Source: a virus
Taxonomy: Duplodnaviria > Caudoviricetes
DNA: 53,470 nt
Direction: 5' to 3' (one strand)
IMG/VR virus record: IMGVR_UViG_3300023301_000001
Location: 1-53,470 of that record
Made by a program: the position numbers and the translations under genes. A model generated the notes under the pieces. That model was given only the letters and a program-made list of their open reading frames with translations. It ran no database searches and was not told the origin of the DNA. This document shows positions 16,430 through 24,700 of the stretch, piece after piece. Within the stretch, counting starts at the first letter, position 1. Each line of letters starts with the position of its first letter.

Positions 16430-17037
16430 TGGATGTCGGGCGCTTGTTCGGGAAGGAGCCGCCCCGTGAGGAAATGACATCGCTCCGCGCGATTGTCGAT
16501 GACTTCCGGTGGCGGTTCCCGAGAGAGAAGCGGGACATGGTTGTGGTGTACTGCGAGGAGGCCGCGACGCTCCGCCAGGCCATCAAGCGGGCATGCGCCT
16601 CGCGAGCCGCGAACGGGAAGATGTCCAACCATCAGTCGCGAGTTCCGGAAGCGGTCCGCCAGACGTTCAAGCGGGCTCTGCTGGATGTCGTTGACGAGAT
16701 CGCGAGCGCGCCGGACTTTGATGCGCTTCACGAGATCGCCGACCGGGTGAAGCCTCCGGGCATCGGGCCGGTCACGCTGTATGACGTGTCAACCCGCATC
16801 GCCGCTCGGCTGGCGCTAGAGCCAACGTCCCTATACCTCCACGCGGGAGTGGCCCAGGGCCTCCGAGCGTTGGAGAGGGCCACAGGGAGCGCCGCGCGTG
16901 CCACGGACGGCATCATTCTCGCGGTCGACCTCCACGACGTATGGCCCGAGTTCGCGAGCCTCACGCCGGATGAGACTGAGGACCTGATTTGCACCTATCG
17001 GGAAGTGTTCCCGAGACTTGGAGAGGAACCAGAATGA
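16429..17037 (+). CDS. Helix-hairpin-helix protein, possibly aGPT-pyrophosphorylase / amino acid:DNA transferase-like
   Basis: GIGPVTLYDVSTRI (HhH), LYLHAG, C-terminal ETEDLIC (E-x-x-hydrophobic-C). Confidence 0.5.
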   Translation: MDVGRLFGKEPPREEMTSLRAIVDDFRWRFPREKRDMVVVYCEEAATLRQAIKRACASRAANGKMSNHQSRVPEAVRQTFKRALLDVVDEIASAPDFDALHEIADRVKPPGIGPVTLYDVSTRIAARLALEPTSLYLHAGVAQGLRALERATGSAARATDGIILAVDLHDVWPEFASLTPDETEDLICTYREVFPRLGEEPE

Positions 17038-17543
17038 CTATGAACCTACAAGAAGCAATCAAGGCAGCGGTGCCACACGTCAACAAAAGCGACACGGTAC
17101 CTGCGATAATCGGGCTCAAGATCGCAGGTGGCATTCTCTACGCGACCGACCGCTACACTGCAGTCCGGATTGAGGTGCCGGGTGTCGATGACGCTTGGGT
17201 TCCTTTAGGTGTGGCAAAGCAAGGCGTTGTGTCAATTTCTGACAACGCAGCAACGCTGAAGACGGGCGCGACGATGAACCTCCCGGCGCAGGAGGAGTGG
17301 CCCGACTATCCGAACATCGAGCGCCTGTTTGAAGGGTTCAAGCCTTGGAACACAAGTAGCCCAGACCCGCTCGCGTTTGGTCTGAACCCGGCCATGTTTG
17401 AGAAGTTCCTGCCCAGGCACTTCCCGCGTGACGCAGTCTCGGTGAAGGTTGAAATTGGTGAAACGCTAACCAAGCCGCTACGGATCACGCTCCCGGGATT
17501 CCCGGAGTTTGTGGCTCTGTGGGTCCCTATGATCATATCATGA
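17034..17543 (+). CDS. Truncated DNA polymerase III beta-clamp-like protein
   Basis: LYATDRY, YPNIERL, GLNP, KPLRI...VPM motifs typical of DnaN-like domains; only 169 aa. Confidence 0.6.
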   Translation: MTMNLQEAIKAAVPHVNKSDTVPAIIGLKIAGGILYATDRYTAVRIEVPGVDDAWVPLGVAKQGVVSISDNAATLKTGATMNLPAQEEWPDYPNIERLFEGFKPWNTSSPDPLAFGLNPAMFEKFLPRHFPRDAVSVKVEIGETLTKPLRITLPGFPEFVALWVPMIIS

Positions 17544-17680
17544 GTGACATGACTGACTGGCCTCAAGAATGCACCTGCAAAAGCGAGCCCATAAACCCAT
17601 CCGGACGCTGGATCAACTACTCATGCCCGATTCACGGTGGCCGCGAGGCCGTCACAACGGTAATCAAGGAGGACTCATGA
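17540..17680 (+). CDS. Small Cys/His protein, 46 aa (CTC...CPIH); not in the ORF track
   Basis: ATGA overlaps at both ends; Zn-ligand-like motif. Confidence 0.6.
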   Translation: MSDMTDWPQECTCKSEPINPSGRWINYSCPIHGGREAVTTVIKEDS

Positions 17681-18030
17681 AGATCAGCGTCAACACTCAA
17701 GGCAAGGGCGAACTCATCATCACCCCGGAGGAGAGCGACTCCGAGGAACTCGCCGGAATCATCCGGCAAGACTTCCCGATATGGCTGGCGGCGTTTGCCG
17801 CGAAGAATGCCGAATATCAAGATGGCATCGGGACCGCCTTCACGCTCGGCGAGCGCGGTCAATTCTCGGACATCTACCGGAAGGTGATGAAACTCAAAGT
17901 GGCTCTCTGGGACGGTCACGAGGAGCGGCTCACGTCAGAGGGCGTGGTTGAGATCCTCCGGGATCTCGTGGGCCACCTATTCCTCGCGCTGTACATGCGC
18001 CGGACTCGGAACCACAGCAAGCCGCTCTGA
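17677..18030 (+). CDS. Nucleotide modification-associated domain 1 (DUF1599 / MazG-like) protein
   Basis: KNAEY...LG.RG...I..K..KL...E...EILRDL.GH pattern; AAGGAGG RBS. Confidence 0.65.
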   Translation: MKISVNTQGKGELIITPEESDSEELAGIIRQDFPIWLAAFAAKNAEYQDGIGTAFTLGERGQFSDIYRKVMKLKVALWDGHEERLTSEGVVEILRDLVGHLFLALYMRRTRNHSKPL

Positions 18031-18437
18031 TGGAGTACACATTCACCGATGCGATTGGTAAGAAGTATCACACGCCGCCAGGGCGCAAAGAGACTCCTGT
18101 GGAAATTAGGATATGGCCAAATGTGGACAAGTCCGCTCCGGCTCCTTCTGATAAGCCCTATCTTGGAAACTGCTGGGTGTGGACCGGCATCGTCAATCCT
18201 CAGCATGGTTATGTTTCCGTTTGGTACAAGAAGAAATATTGGAGGCTACATAGACTTGTGTATCACCTTATAAACGGGCCGATTGCAAAAGGGATGGTCA
18301 TCGGGCATAAATGCAACGTCAAGCATTGCTGTAGGCCTGAGCACCTTGAGGAAGTTACACAAGGGCAGAATACAAGAGACGCAATCAAAGATGGCTTGCG
18401 CAAGGCTGGCCTTTATTCTAAGGAGGTGATGTCATGA
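18030..18437 (+). CDS. Free-standing HNH homing endonuclease
   Basis: CWVWTG, GY, HRLVY, HKCNVKHCCRPEHL...N; markedly AT-rich. Confidence 0.9.
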   Translation: MEYTFTDAIGKKYHTPPGRKETPVEIRIWPNVDKSAPAPSDKPYLGNCWVWTGIVNPQHGYVSVWYKKKYWRLHRLVYHLINGPIAKGMVIGHKCNVKHCCRPEHLEEVTQGQNTRDAIKDGLRKAGLYSKEVMS

Positions 18438-19390
18438 CTCGGTCAATGGATTACGTTTCAATTCACAGCCACTCAACTTACAGTTACATGGATGGATATG
18501 GTTTACCAGAAGCGCACGTCCAGCGAATTGTCGATTTAGGAATGTCGGCGCTCGCATTGACCGAGCATTGACATGGCAATGTCAGTTCTCACGTCAAGTT
18601 GGAGCAGGCCGCGCAAGCCCACGGGATCAAGCCGCTGTTTGGTGTGGAGGCGTACACCGCGCCGGAGGATATGCGCGAGACCAAGAACCAGCGGAAGTGG
18701 CACCTGACCATCCTCGCGATGGACGGCGAAGGCTACCAGAACCTCATGAAGATGGTGACGAGATCCTGGGATGAGGACTTCTACCGATGGCCAACGATTC
18801 TGGGGTCCAACCTCAAGGAGAACAACGCCGGGCTCATCGTCGCGAGCGGCTGCTCAGACTCCCATTTGGCATGCTCGCTCCTCGGAGGGAAGGGCATTGA
18901 GGTCGGCGACTACCGCGCCGCAGTGAAGGTGCTGAAGCGGTACAAACGGCTGCTTGGGGATCGCTACTATTTGGAGGTGCAGCGCTTCCCGAAGTTGGAG
19001 CGCACGAGGATCTTGAACCGGCAATATGCGGCCTGGTCAAAGGAGTTCGGCATCCCATTGGTCGTGACCTCGGATGTCCACTACCCGTTCCCGGAACAGA
19101 ATGAGATGCAGAAAATCCTACACGCTGCGGGACGCGGCACGGGAACGGTCGCGGCGGCGGAAGCCGAATGGGAGTATGACATCCTCATGACCTACCCACA
19201 ATCAGACGCCGAGGTGTTGGAGGACTTAATCAAGACGGGCCTCAAGAAGTCAGAAGCCCAAGGAGCCATCGCGAGCACCGCCGAGATCGCCGAGCGCTGC
19301 ACGGTAACGCTCCCGAAGATGGACCGCATCCGCTACCCAGGAACAAGAAGGGATCTGGCACCATGGCCCGCAAAAAGAAGAAGCGCCTGA
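18434..19390 (+). CDS. dnaE: DnaE-like DNA polymerase III alpha, N-terminal PHP part, with in-frame TGA at 18569-18571
   Basis: SIHSHSTYSYMDG...ALTEH*HGN...FGVEAY...HLTILA...SGC...TSDVHY, all in one frame from ATG 18434. Confidence 0.85.
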
Positions 19391-21639
19391 GCGACCCTCT
19401 GGATGCTCCGGTCGACAGCATCGAACTCCTCTGGGAGTGGTGCCGACTTGGATGGAAGTATCGCGGGCTGAACTCGCTCCCGAGAGCCAAGCGGAAGGAG
19501 TACGGCGAGCGCGTCAAGTATGAGATGGATCTGATCATCAGCAAGGACTTTGTCGACTACTTCCTGGTGCTCTCCGACGTGGTGCGAGCAGCGAAGGATC
19601 GCGGCGTTGCTGTGGGACCTGCCCGAGGCTCTGCCGCAGCATCTCTGGTTTGCTACCTGACGCGCATCACCGAGGTCGACCCGCTCCAATTCCCGCTCAT
19701 GCTGTTTGAGCGTTTCATCGACCCCAACCGCCACGACCTCCCAGATGTCGACTTGGACTTTGAGGATGAGCGCCGGGATGAGGTGCGACAGATCATGGTC
19801 GACAAGTACGGCGATGACCGGGTGGGCAACATCGGGACCTTCACAAGGTATCGCGGCAAGAACGCCATCATTGACGTCGCGCGTGTCTTCAGCATCCCGC
19901 CATATGAGGTAGCGCGAGCCAAGGAGTTCATGCTGGAGCGCTCGGGAGGCGACTCCCGGTTTGACGCGAGCATCATGGATACCGTGGAGATGTTCCCAGA
20001 GGTCAAGGAAGTCTTTGACAAGTATCCGGACCTGTACAAGAGCATCGAACTGGAGGGCAACTACAAGGCGTTCGGAGTCCACGCCGCTGGCCTCGTGATT
20101 GGCGCCGAGCCGCTATGGAATTACGTGGCGACCTACTCCAAGAGCAACGTGGGCAAGAACCACAACACGGTCAAAGTCCTCTCAGTCGACAAGTTTGACG
20201 GCGAGCACCTCGGGCTCATGAAGTTGGACGCGCTCGGGCTCTCGACCATGGGCATGATCGCTCGCGCGCTCCGCATGGTCGGCATGACGCTGGATGACTT
20301 GTACGACATCCCGCTGGATGACGCCGAGACTCTCCAGGCATTCAACGACGGCGACGTCATCGGCATCTTTCAGTTTGAAGGCCGGACGATGAAGATGGTC
20401 TGTGAGGAGTTGAAGCCAGAGACCTTCATGGACCTCGCCGCTGTCAACGCGCTCGCGAGGCCGGGGCCATTCCATTCGGGCTCCACGGCGGAGTACATCG
20501 CCATTCGCCGAGGCCAGAAGGAGGCCGACGTGATCCACCCCATCGTGTCCAAGATCTGCGAGGCGACCGAAGGCCAAATCATCTACCAGGAGCAGATCCT
20601 GAAGATCACCCGCGATGTCGGGCAGTTCCCGTGGACGCACGCCGCCGCCATCCGCAAGATCATCTCGGCTCGGAAGGGCGAGAGCGCGTTCAACGCCATG
20701 TGGGATGAGTTCAAGGTCGGCGCGGCTTCCATCGATATTGACGAGCACACCGCGATGGAGATTTGGAAGCGGATGGCGACGGCAGGAACCTACGCATTCA
20801 ACATCGCGCACTGCGTCTCATACTCCATGCTTGGCTTCTGGGCGATGTGGCTCAAGGTCCACTATCCTCTGGAGTTCTATGCCGCCCAACTTCACAAAGC
20901 GGCGGATGAGGAGAAGAAGGTGGCCATCATGCGCGACATGCACTCAGAGAAGTTCGGGCGCACGTATGACGTCCTCCCTCCGGACCCGCAGGAGAGTAGC
21001 GAGACATGGGTGCCGGTCTCTGGAGGAGTCCGGGCCGGGTGGCTACAACTACCGGGTGTCGGTGAACTCCGAGCCGAGGACATCACCGCGCTCGCGACCT
21101 CGGGCGAACTAGAGACATGGGCCGACCTGGAGAAGGTCAAAGGGCTCGGAGTCAAGACCGTAGAGAAGGTGGAGGAGTTCTGCGGGCTCGCCGACCCATT
21201 CGGCATCAACGAGATCCGCGACCAGACTAACGCCATCAAGGCCGCCATCCGCTCGGGCGCTCTCCCGGGACTCCCGTACCCGCACAACGTATCTGATGAG
21301 ATTCCGTATGAGGCCAAGCGCTGGCGCGGAGTCCTCCTTGCGAGAATTCGTGACCTTGACCTCCACGACTTGTTTGAGGACCACCGCGCGCGAGTCGGTG
21401 AGGACTTGGACCCGGATACGATCAAGGACCCGCACCTGAAGGAGTCGCTCAACGTGTACTCGGAGGATGTCGCCGGGCGGCTGACCATCAAGTTGTCGCG
21501 CTATGACTACCAGAGGTTCATGGCCGATATTTGGGACGCCAAGACGGGCCATGACTACATCCTCGCCGACGTGTTCAAGTGGCCCAACTCGGGCAAGAAC
21601 GTCACCGCCCGCCGCATCTGGGTCATCGACCCTGACTGA
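19363..21639 (+). CDS. dnaE: DnaE-like DNA polymerase III alpha, catalytic part (-1 frame relative to the PHP part)
   Basis: FVDYFL, GPARGSAAASLVCY, FERF, PDVDLDF, HAAG, KLDALGL, GIFQFE, YQEQ, YAFNIAH. Confidence 0.95.
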   Translation: MARKKKKRLSDPLDAPVDSIELLWEWCRLGWKYRGLNSLPRAKRKEYGERVKYEMDLIISKDFVDYFLVLSDVVRAAKDRGVAVGPARGSAAASLVCYLTRITEVDPLQFPLMLFERFIDPNRHDLPDVDLDFEDERRDEVRQIMVDKYGDDRVGNIGTFTRYRGKNAIIDVARVFSIPPYEVARAKEFMLERSGGDSRFDASIMDTVEMFPEVKEVFDKYPDLYKSIELEGNYKAFGVHAAGLVIGAEPLWNYVATYSKSNVGKNHNTVKVLSVDKFDGEHLGLMKLDALGLSTMGMIARALRMVGMTLDDLYDIPLDDAETLQAFNDGDVIGIFQFEGRTMKMVCEELKPETFMDLAAVNALARPGPFHSGSTAEYIAIRRGQKEADVIHPIVSKICEATEGQIIYQEQILKITRDVGQFPWTHAAAIRKIISARKGESAFNAMWDEFKVGAASIDIDEHTAMEIWKRMATAGTYAFNIAHCVSYSMLGFWAMWLKVHYPLEFYAAQLHKAADEEKKVAIMRDMHSEKFGRTYDVLPPDPQESSETWVPVSGGVRAGWLQLPGVGELRAEDITALATSGELETWADLEKVKGLGVKTVEKVEEFCGLADPFGINEIRDQTNAIKAAIRSGALPGLPYPHNVSDEIPYEAKRWRGVLLARIRDLDLHDLFEDHRARVGEDLDPDTIKDPHLKESLNVYSEDVAGRLTIKLSRYDYQRFMADIWDAKTGHDYILADVFKWPNSGKNVTARRIWVIDPD

Positions 21640-21642
21640 CGT

Positions 21643-21701
21643 CGATTTTGCAATCTCCAGAAGATGTTGTACCGTAGGAAGTATGGCGCCGGGAGGTCCG
21701 G
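21643..21701 (+). promoter_or_regulatory. Repeated early promoter + leader hairpin, copy 1
   Basis: CGATTTTGCAATC, TTGCAA-N16-TACCGT, then CCGGGAGGTCCGG. Confidence 0.8.
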
Positions 21702-21716
21702 GCCGGAGAGGTAAGA

Positions 21717-21923
21717 ATGGCTCAGTTCACTTTGACCGAGACCGAGAAGGCCTGTGCCGACGGCTACGGGATCTGGCACTGCAAGGCCGCGACCGCCATG
21801 GACGCTCGCGGCGCAATCCTGGATGAACTGGAGGAGCGCGGCGATGCGACTCCCGGCGAGTATGACGTTGAGATCGCGCCGTGCCCGGTCGACCTCGGAT
21901 GCTGGGTGGAGGTGACCGGCTAA
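21717..21923 (+). CDS. Hypothetical protein
   Basis: GAGAGG RBS downstream of promoter. Confidence 0.7.
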   Translation: MAQFTLTETEKACADGYGIWHCKAATAMDARGAILDELEERGDATPGEYDVEIAPCPVDLGCWVEVTG

Positions 21924-22192
21924 TGGCCATGGATCGCGCGAGCCTCGTGCGGGCCTACCGTGCCGGCAAGAAGTCCAGCCTGACAAGCGCCGACTCGGAC
22001 GATGCGGCGGCGAGGTGGTCGACGCGCCACTGCCGGCATGATCCGGTCGGCGTGTGCTCGCGGGAGCACGCCTGGTGGGATGGCTTTGGTTGGGACTGCC
22101 GAGACCTCCCGGCATACATGGTCCCTAGGATCTCCGACCGAGCGCTGTTTCAGATGGACTCGGATGGCGTCTGGACCGAGGTCGCGCAGTAG
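21923..22192 (+). CDS. Hypothetical protein (MAMDRASL...)
   Basis: TAATG coupling. Confidence 0.6.
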   Translation: MAMDRASLVRAYRAGKKSSLTSADSDDAAARWSTRHCRHDPVGVCSREHAWWDGFGWDCRDLPAYMVPRISDRALFQMDSDGVWTEVAQ

Positions 22193-22204
22193 CGGCTCGC
22201 CGCC

Positions 22205-22263
22205 CGATTTTGCAATCACCAGAGGATGTGTTAGGTTAGAGATATTGAGGCCGGGTGGTCCGG
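22205..22263 (+). promoter_or_regulatory. Repeated early promoter + leader hairpin, copy 2
   Basis: TTGCAA-N16-TAGGTT, then CCGGGTGGTCCGG. Confidence 0.8.
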
Positions 22264-22280
22264 TCCGATGAGAGGAAATT

Positions 22281-22700
22281 ATGAAGAACGCTGAACTGAC
22301 CAAGGGTCTCGAATTCACCGTCAACATGATCGGCGGGAACCTCCGCAAGGAGGTGCTGGAGAACGTCGCGAATGACGGGCTGATGGTCACCTCCTTTGAC
22401 ATGGATGCCATCCTTGAGTCCTCTGCCAAGAAGAACGTCCGGGGCCACTTCAAGTACCTCGTGTCTTTGGTTGATGACGAGAACTCTCCGAGCGTGACCG
22501 AGGAGAACATCTTGGACGAGATCACCGAGTTCGGCATGAACGTGATCATGCGCAACGCTCGCCACGTCACCCGCAACACTTCCTTCACCGCCAAGATCCT
22601 TGAGGACCTTGAGGGCGAGGCCTGGGCGCAGATCGTAGAGAGCCTCAAGAGCCTCAAGAGGAACATCGCCCGCCACGCGCTCAAGGCAGCCGGGAACTAG
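22281..22700 (+). CDS. Hypothetical protein
   Basis: GAGAGGAAATT RBS; strongly GC3-biased codons. Confidence 0.8.
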   Translation: MKNAELTKGLEFTVNMIGGNLRKEVLENVANDGLMVTSFDMDAILESSAKKNVRGHFKYLVSLVDDENSPSVTEENILDEITEFGMNVIMRNARHVTRNTSFTAKILEDLEGEAWAQIVESLKSLKRNIARHALKAAGN

Positions 22701-22730
22701 GCCGGGGCTCGGCGAGGAGGAGAGGAAATC

Positions 22731-23864
22731 ATGGAGAAGTCTGACAAGATTCTGAACCGGGTCCGGGATCTGCTAGCGATAGCAGATCACCCGGGCACCC
22801 CGGTCGCGGAAGCCGAGACCGCGTTGATGATGGCGAACAGCCTCATGGCCCGCCACGCGATCAACGAGGTGCTCGCCCGAGCGAAGGAGACCAAGGAGGA
22901 CCGCTCCGCGCCGACTAGCATTGATATCACGGTCGGCACCGGCGACGGGTGGGAGGCCGCTCCCTACTTGCGGACCATCCTCCAGTCCATCGCCGCCGCA
23001 AACCGTTGTGCCTCGGTCATGAGCAGTTACAACGTCATCCGCGTGTACGGGATTGGCGGAGATCCGGCCTGGGTGGAGTCGCTCTTCACACGCGTGTACT
23101 TTGATCTGGTCAGCAAGATCAACCCCAAGTATGACGCCGGGAAGTCCTACGATGAGAGCGTGTACAACTTCCGCGTATCCGGCATGGCGTGGCCCGACAT
23201 CGACGCCGCGATCACCAAGGCGGGCGGACCTTCCAAGGAGTCGACCAAGAGCCGCGAGCGCCACGAGCACTGGGCAGAGTACGGCTCCGGATGGATGAAG
23301 GAGCCCAAGCGCGAGGTGAGCAAGTCGATCATCGCCGCGTACCGTCGTCACGCAGAACTCATCGGCGATGAGAACCTGGTCACCACCGGCCAGCACGGGA
23401 CCTACCGCCGAGGCTTCATGGAAGGCTTCCGCGACCGCGTTTGCCGCAGAGTTCACGAGATGCGGGAAGCCGCAAACCACGAGACCTCCGGGAGCGGAGC
23501 CGAGGTGGCACTGCGGGATGCGATGGAGGACATCCTAGGAGCCATCGGGCGAGACTTCCCGGGCCTATCTCCCGAGGAGCGCGCCGAGGCCGCGAGAAGG
23601 GCCAAGGAGGCCCGCGAGCGTGAGGCCCGCGAGCGCGAGGAGATGTTGGACGCGATGACCGACAAGCAGCGCGAGGCATTCCTGGAGAAGGAGGAGCGCA
23701 AGCACCGCAAGGAGTCAGCCCGCAACGCTCGCTACTGGAGCGACCTGGAGGGCAAGCGCGACTCCTCCGCAATCCGCCGAGGAGCCCGTGCCGGCGATGA
23801 GGTCGACCTGTCCAAGACCGACCGCGTCAAGACCGAGACCGCCACCCGGACGCTCCACGGGTAG
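22731..23864 (+). CDS. DUF2786-domain protein
   Basis: KILNRVRDLLAIA...EAETAL..A..LMARHAI N-terminus; YRRGF..GF; G..AG..VDL C-terminus. Confidence 0.8.
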   Translation: MEKSDKILNRVRDLLAIADHPGTPVAEAETALMMANSLMARHAINEVLARAKETKEDRSAPTSIDITVGTGDGWEAAPYLRTILQSIAAANRCASVMSSYNVIRVYGIGGDPAWVESLFTRVYFDLVSKINPKYDAGKSYDESVYNFRVSGMAWPDIDAAITKAGGPSKESTKSRERHEHWAEYGSGWMKEPKREVSKSIIAAYRRHAELIGDENLVTTGQHGTYRRGFMEGFRDRVCRRVHEMREAANHETSGSGAEVALRDAMEDILGAIGRDFPGLSPEERAEAARRAKEAREREAREREEMLDAMTDKQREAFLEKEERKHRKESARNARYWSDLEGKRDSSAIRRGARAGDEVDLSKTDRVKTETATRTLHG

Positions 23865-23881
23865 CAGGCTCGGTTCGCCGC

Positions 23882-23940
23882 CGATTTTGCAATCACCAGA
23901 AGATGTGTTAGGTTAGAAGTGTTGGCGCCGGGAGGTCCGG
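23882..23940 (+). promoter_or_regulatory. Repeated early promoter + leader hairpin, copy 3
   Basis: TTGCAA-N16-TAGGTT, then CCGGGAGGTCCGG. Confidence 0.8.
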
Positions 23941-23957
23941 AGCCGGGAGAGGAAATT

Positions 23958-24242
23958 ATGACTGAAATCCAGAAGGCGAATTTGATCAAGGCCGCTGTCA
24001 ACTTGAAGCCGGGCGATGTCGTGATGAGCGACCACGGCGGCGCGGATTCCATCGTGGAGTCGACCAAGGTCACCCTGAAGGGATCGATCACCATCCGATT
24101 CGTCGCCGAGATCGGCGCGCACCGGGTCACCCGGAAGGCCACCGAGCGCTTCATGGTCCGGACCGGCGTGAACCCGTGCCGTGGCCACGAGGCGTATGGC
24201 CGGACCACTACCTGCGGCGGTCAGTGCGAGGCTGGAGCGTAA
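23958..24242 (+). CDS. Hypothetical protein (small beta domain + C-terminal CxxH...CxxxC)
   Basis: GAGAGGAAATT RBS. Confidence 0.75.
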   Translation: MTEIQKANLIKAAVNLKPGDVVMSDHGGADSIVESTKVTLKGSITIRFVAEIGAHRVTRKATERFMVRTGVNPCRGHEAYGRTTTCGGQCEAGA

Positions 24243-24376
24243 GGGCTCGCCGGGGCTCGGGCCTAGCGCTCGGGCCTCGGCGCGACTCGCCGCCCGGAGA
24301 AGTCGACGGGAGCCGAGATGCACGCTAGAGTATTCACATAGGCCTGGACGGTCCGGGCGCGATGGGAGAGGACCCC

Positions 24377-24625
24377 ATGATGAAAGACACGAGCACTGCC
24401 GACTTGAACTGGATCGGCGACGCTGTTGAAGCGCTCCGCGAGTTGTACACGTTAGGCGACGTCATCACCCTGGAGGACGGCTTGCCCGTCGCTCTCGGGA
24501 TCTCGCTTGGAACCCAGGAGGCCCGGCTGCGGAAGATGACCAACCTTGGCGTGCTCCGCATGGAGGCCGTCTGGATGGGCGGCGACTTCTCACACTATGC
24601 TTGGTCACTCCGGACATCGGCGTGA
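24377..24625 (+). CDS. Hypothetical protein (possible winged helix)
   Basis: GAGAGG RBS; ARLRKMTNLGVL. Confidence 0.65.
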   Translation: MMKDTSTADLNWIGDAVEALRELYTLGDVITLEDGLPVALGISLGTQEARLRKMTNLGVLRMEAVWMGGDFSHYAWSLRTSA

Positions 24626-24700
24626 TCTACAAATCCGCCTCCCGGGCCTCTGGTAAAGGAGCCGGAGCCCGGGAGGTCCACCCAACAGAAGGAGAACAAA

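Noticed and set aside
18030-18437. HNH as part of a group I intron or intein
   Set aside because: It is a free-standing ORF coupled to both neighbours, with no flanking non-coding sequence for a ribozyme core and no intein C/S...HN motifs seen in DnaE, MCM or terminase.
18569-18571. In-frame TGA as selenocysteine or as a reassigned codon
   Set aside because: TGA is the normal stop throughout the genome (many TGATG/ATGA overlaps), and decoding it would add two residues to the TEHGN motif at a position that is not a Cys.
24243-24320. GC-rich intergenic stretch as a tRNA or other RNA gene
   Set aside because: No cloverleaf, T-loop GTTCRA or CCA end seen; I found no tRNA anywhere in the window by eye.
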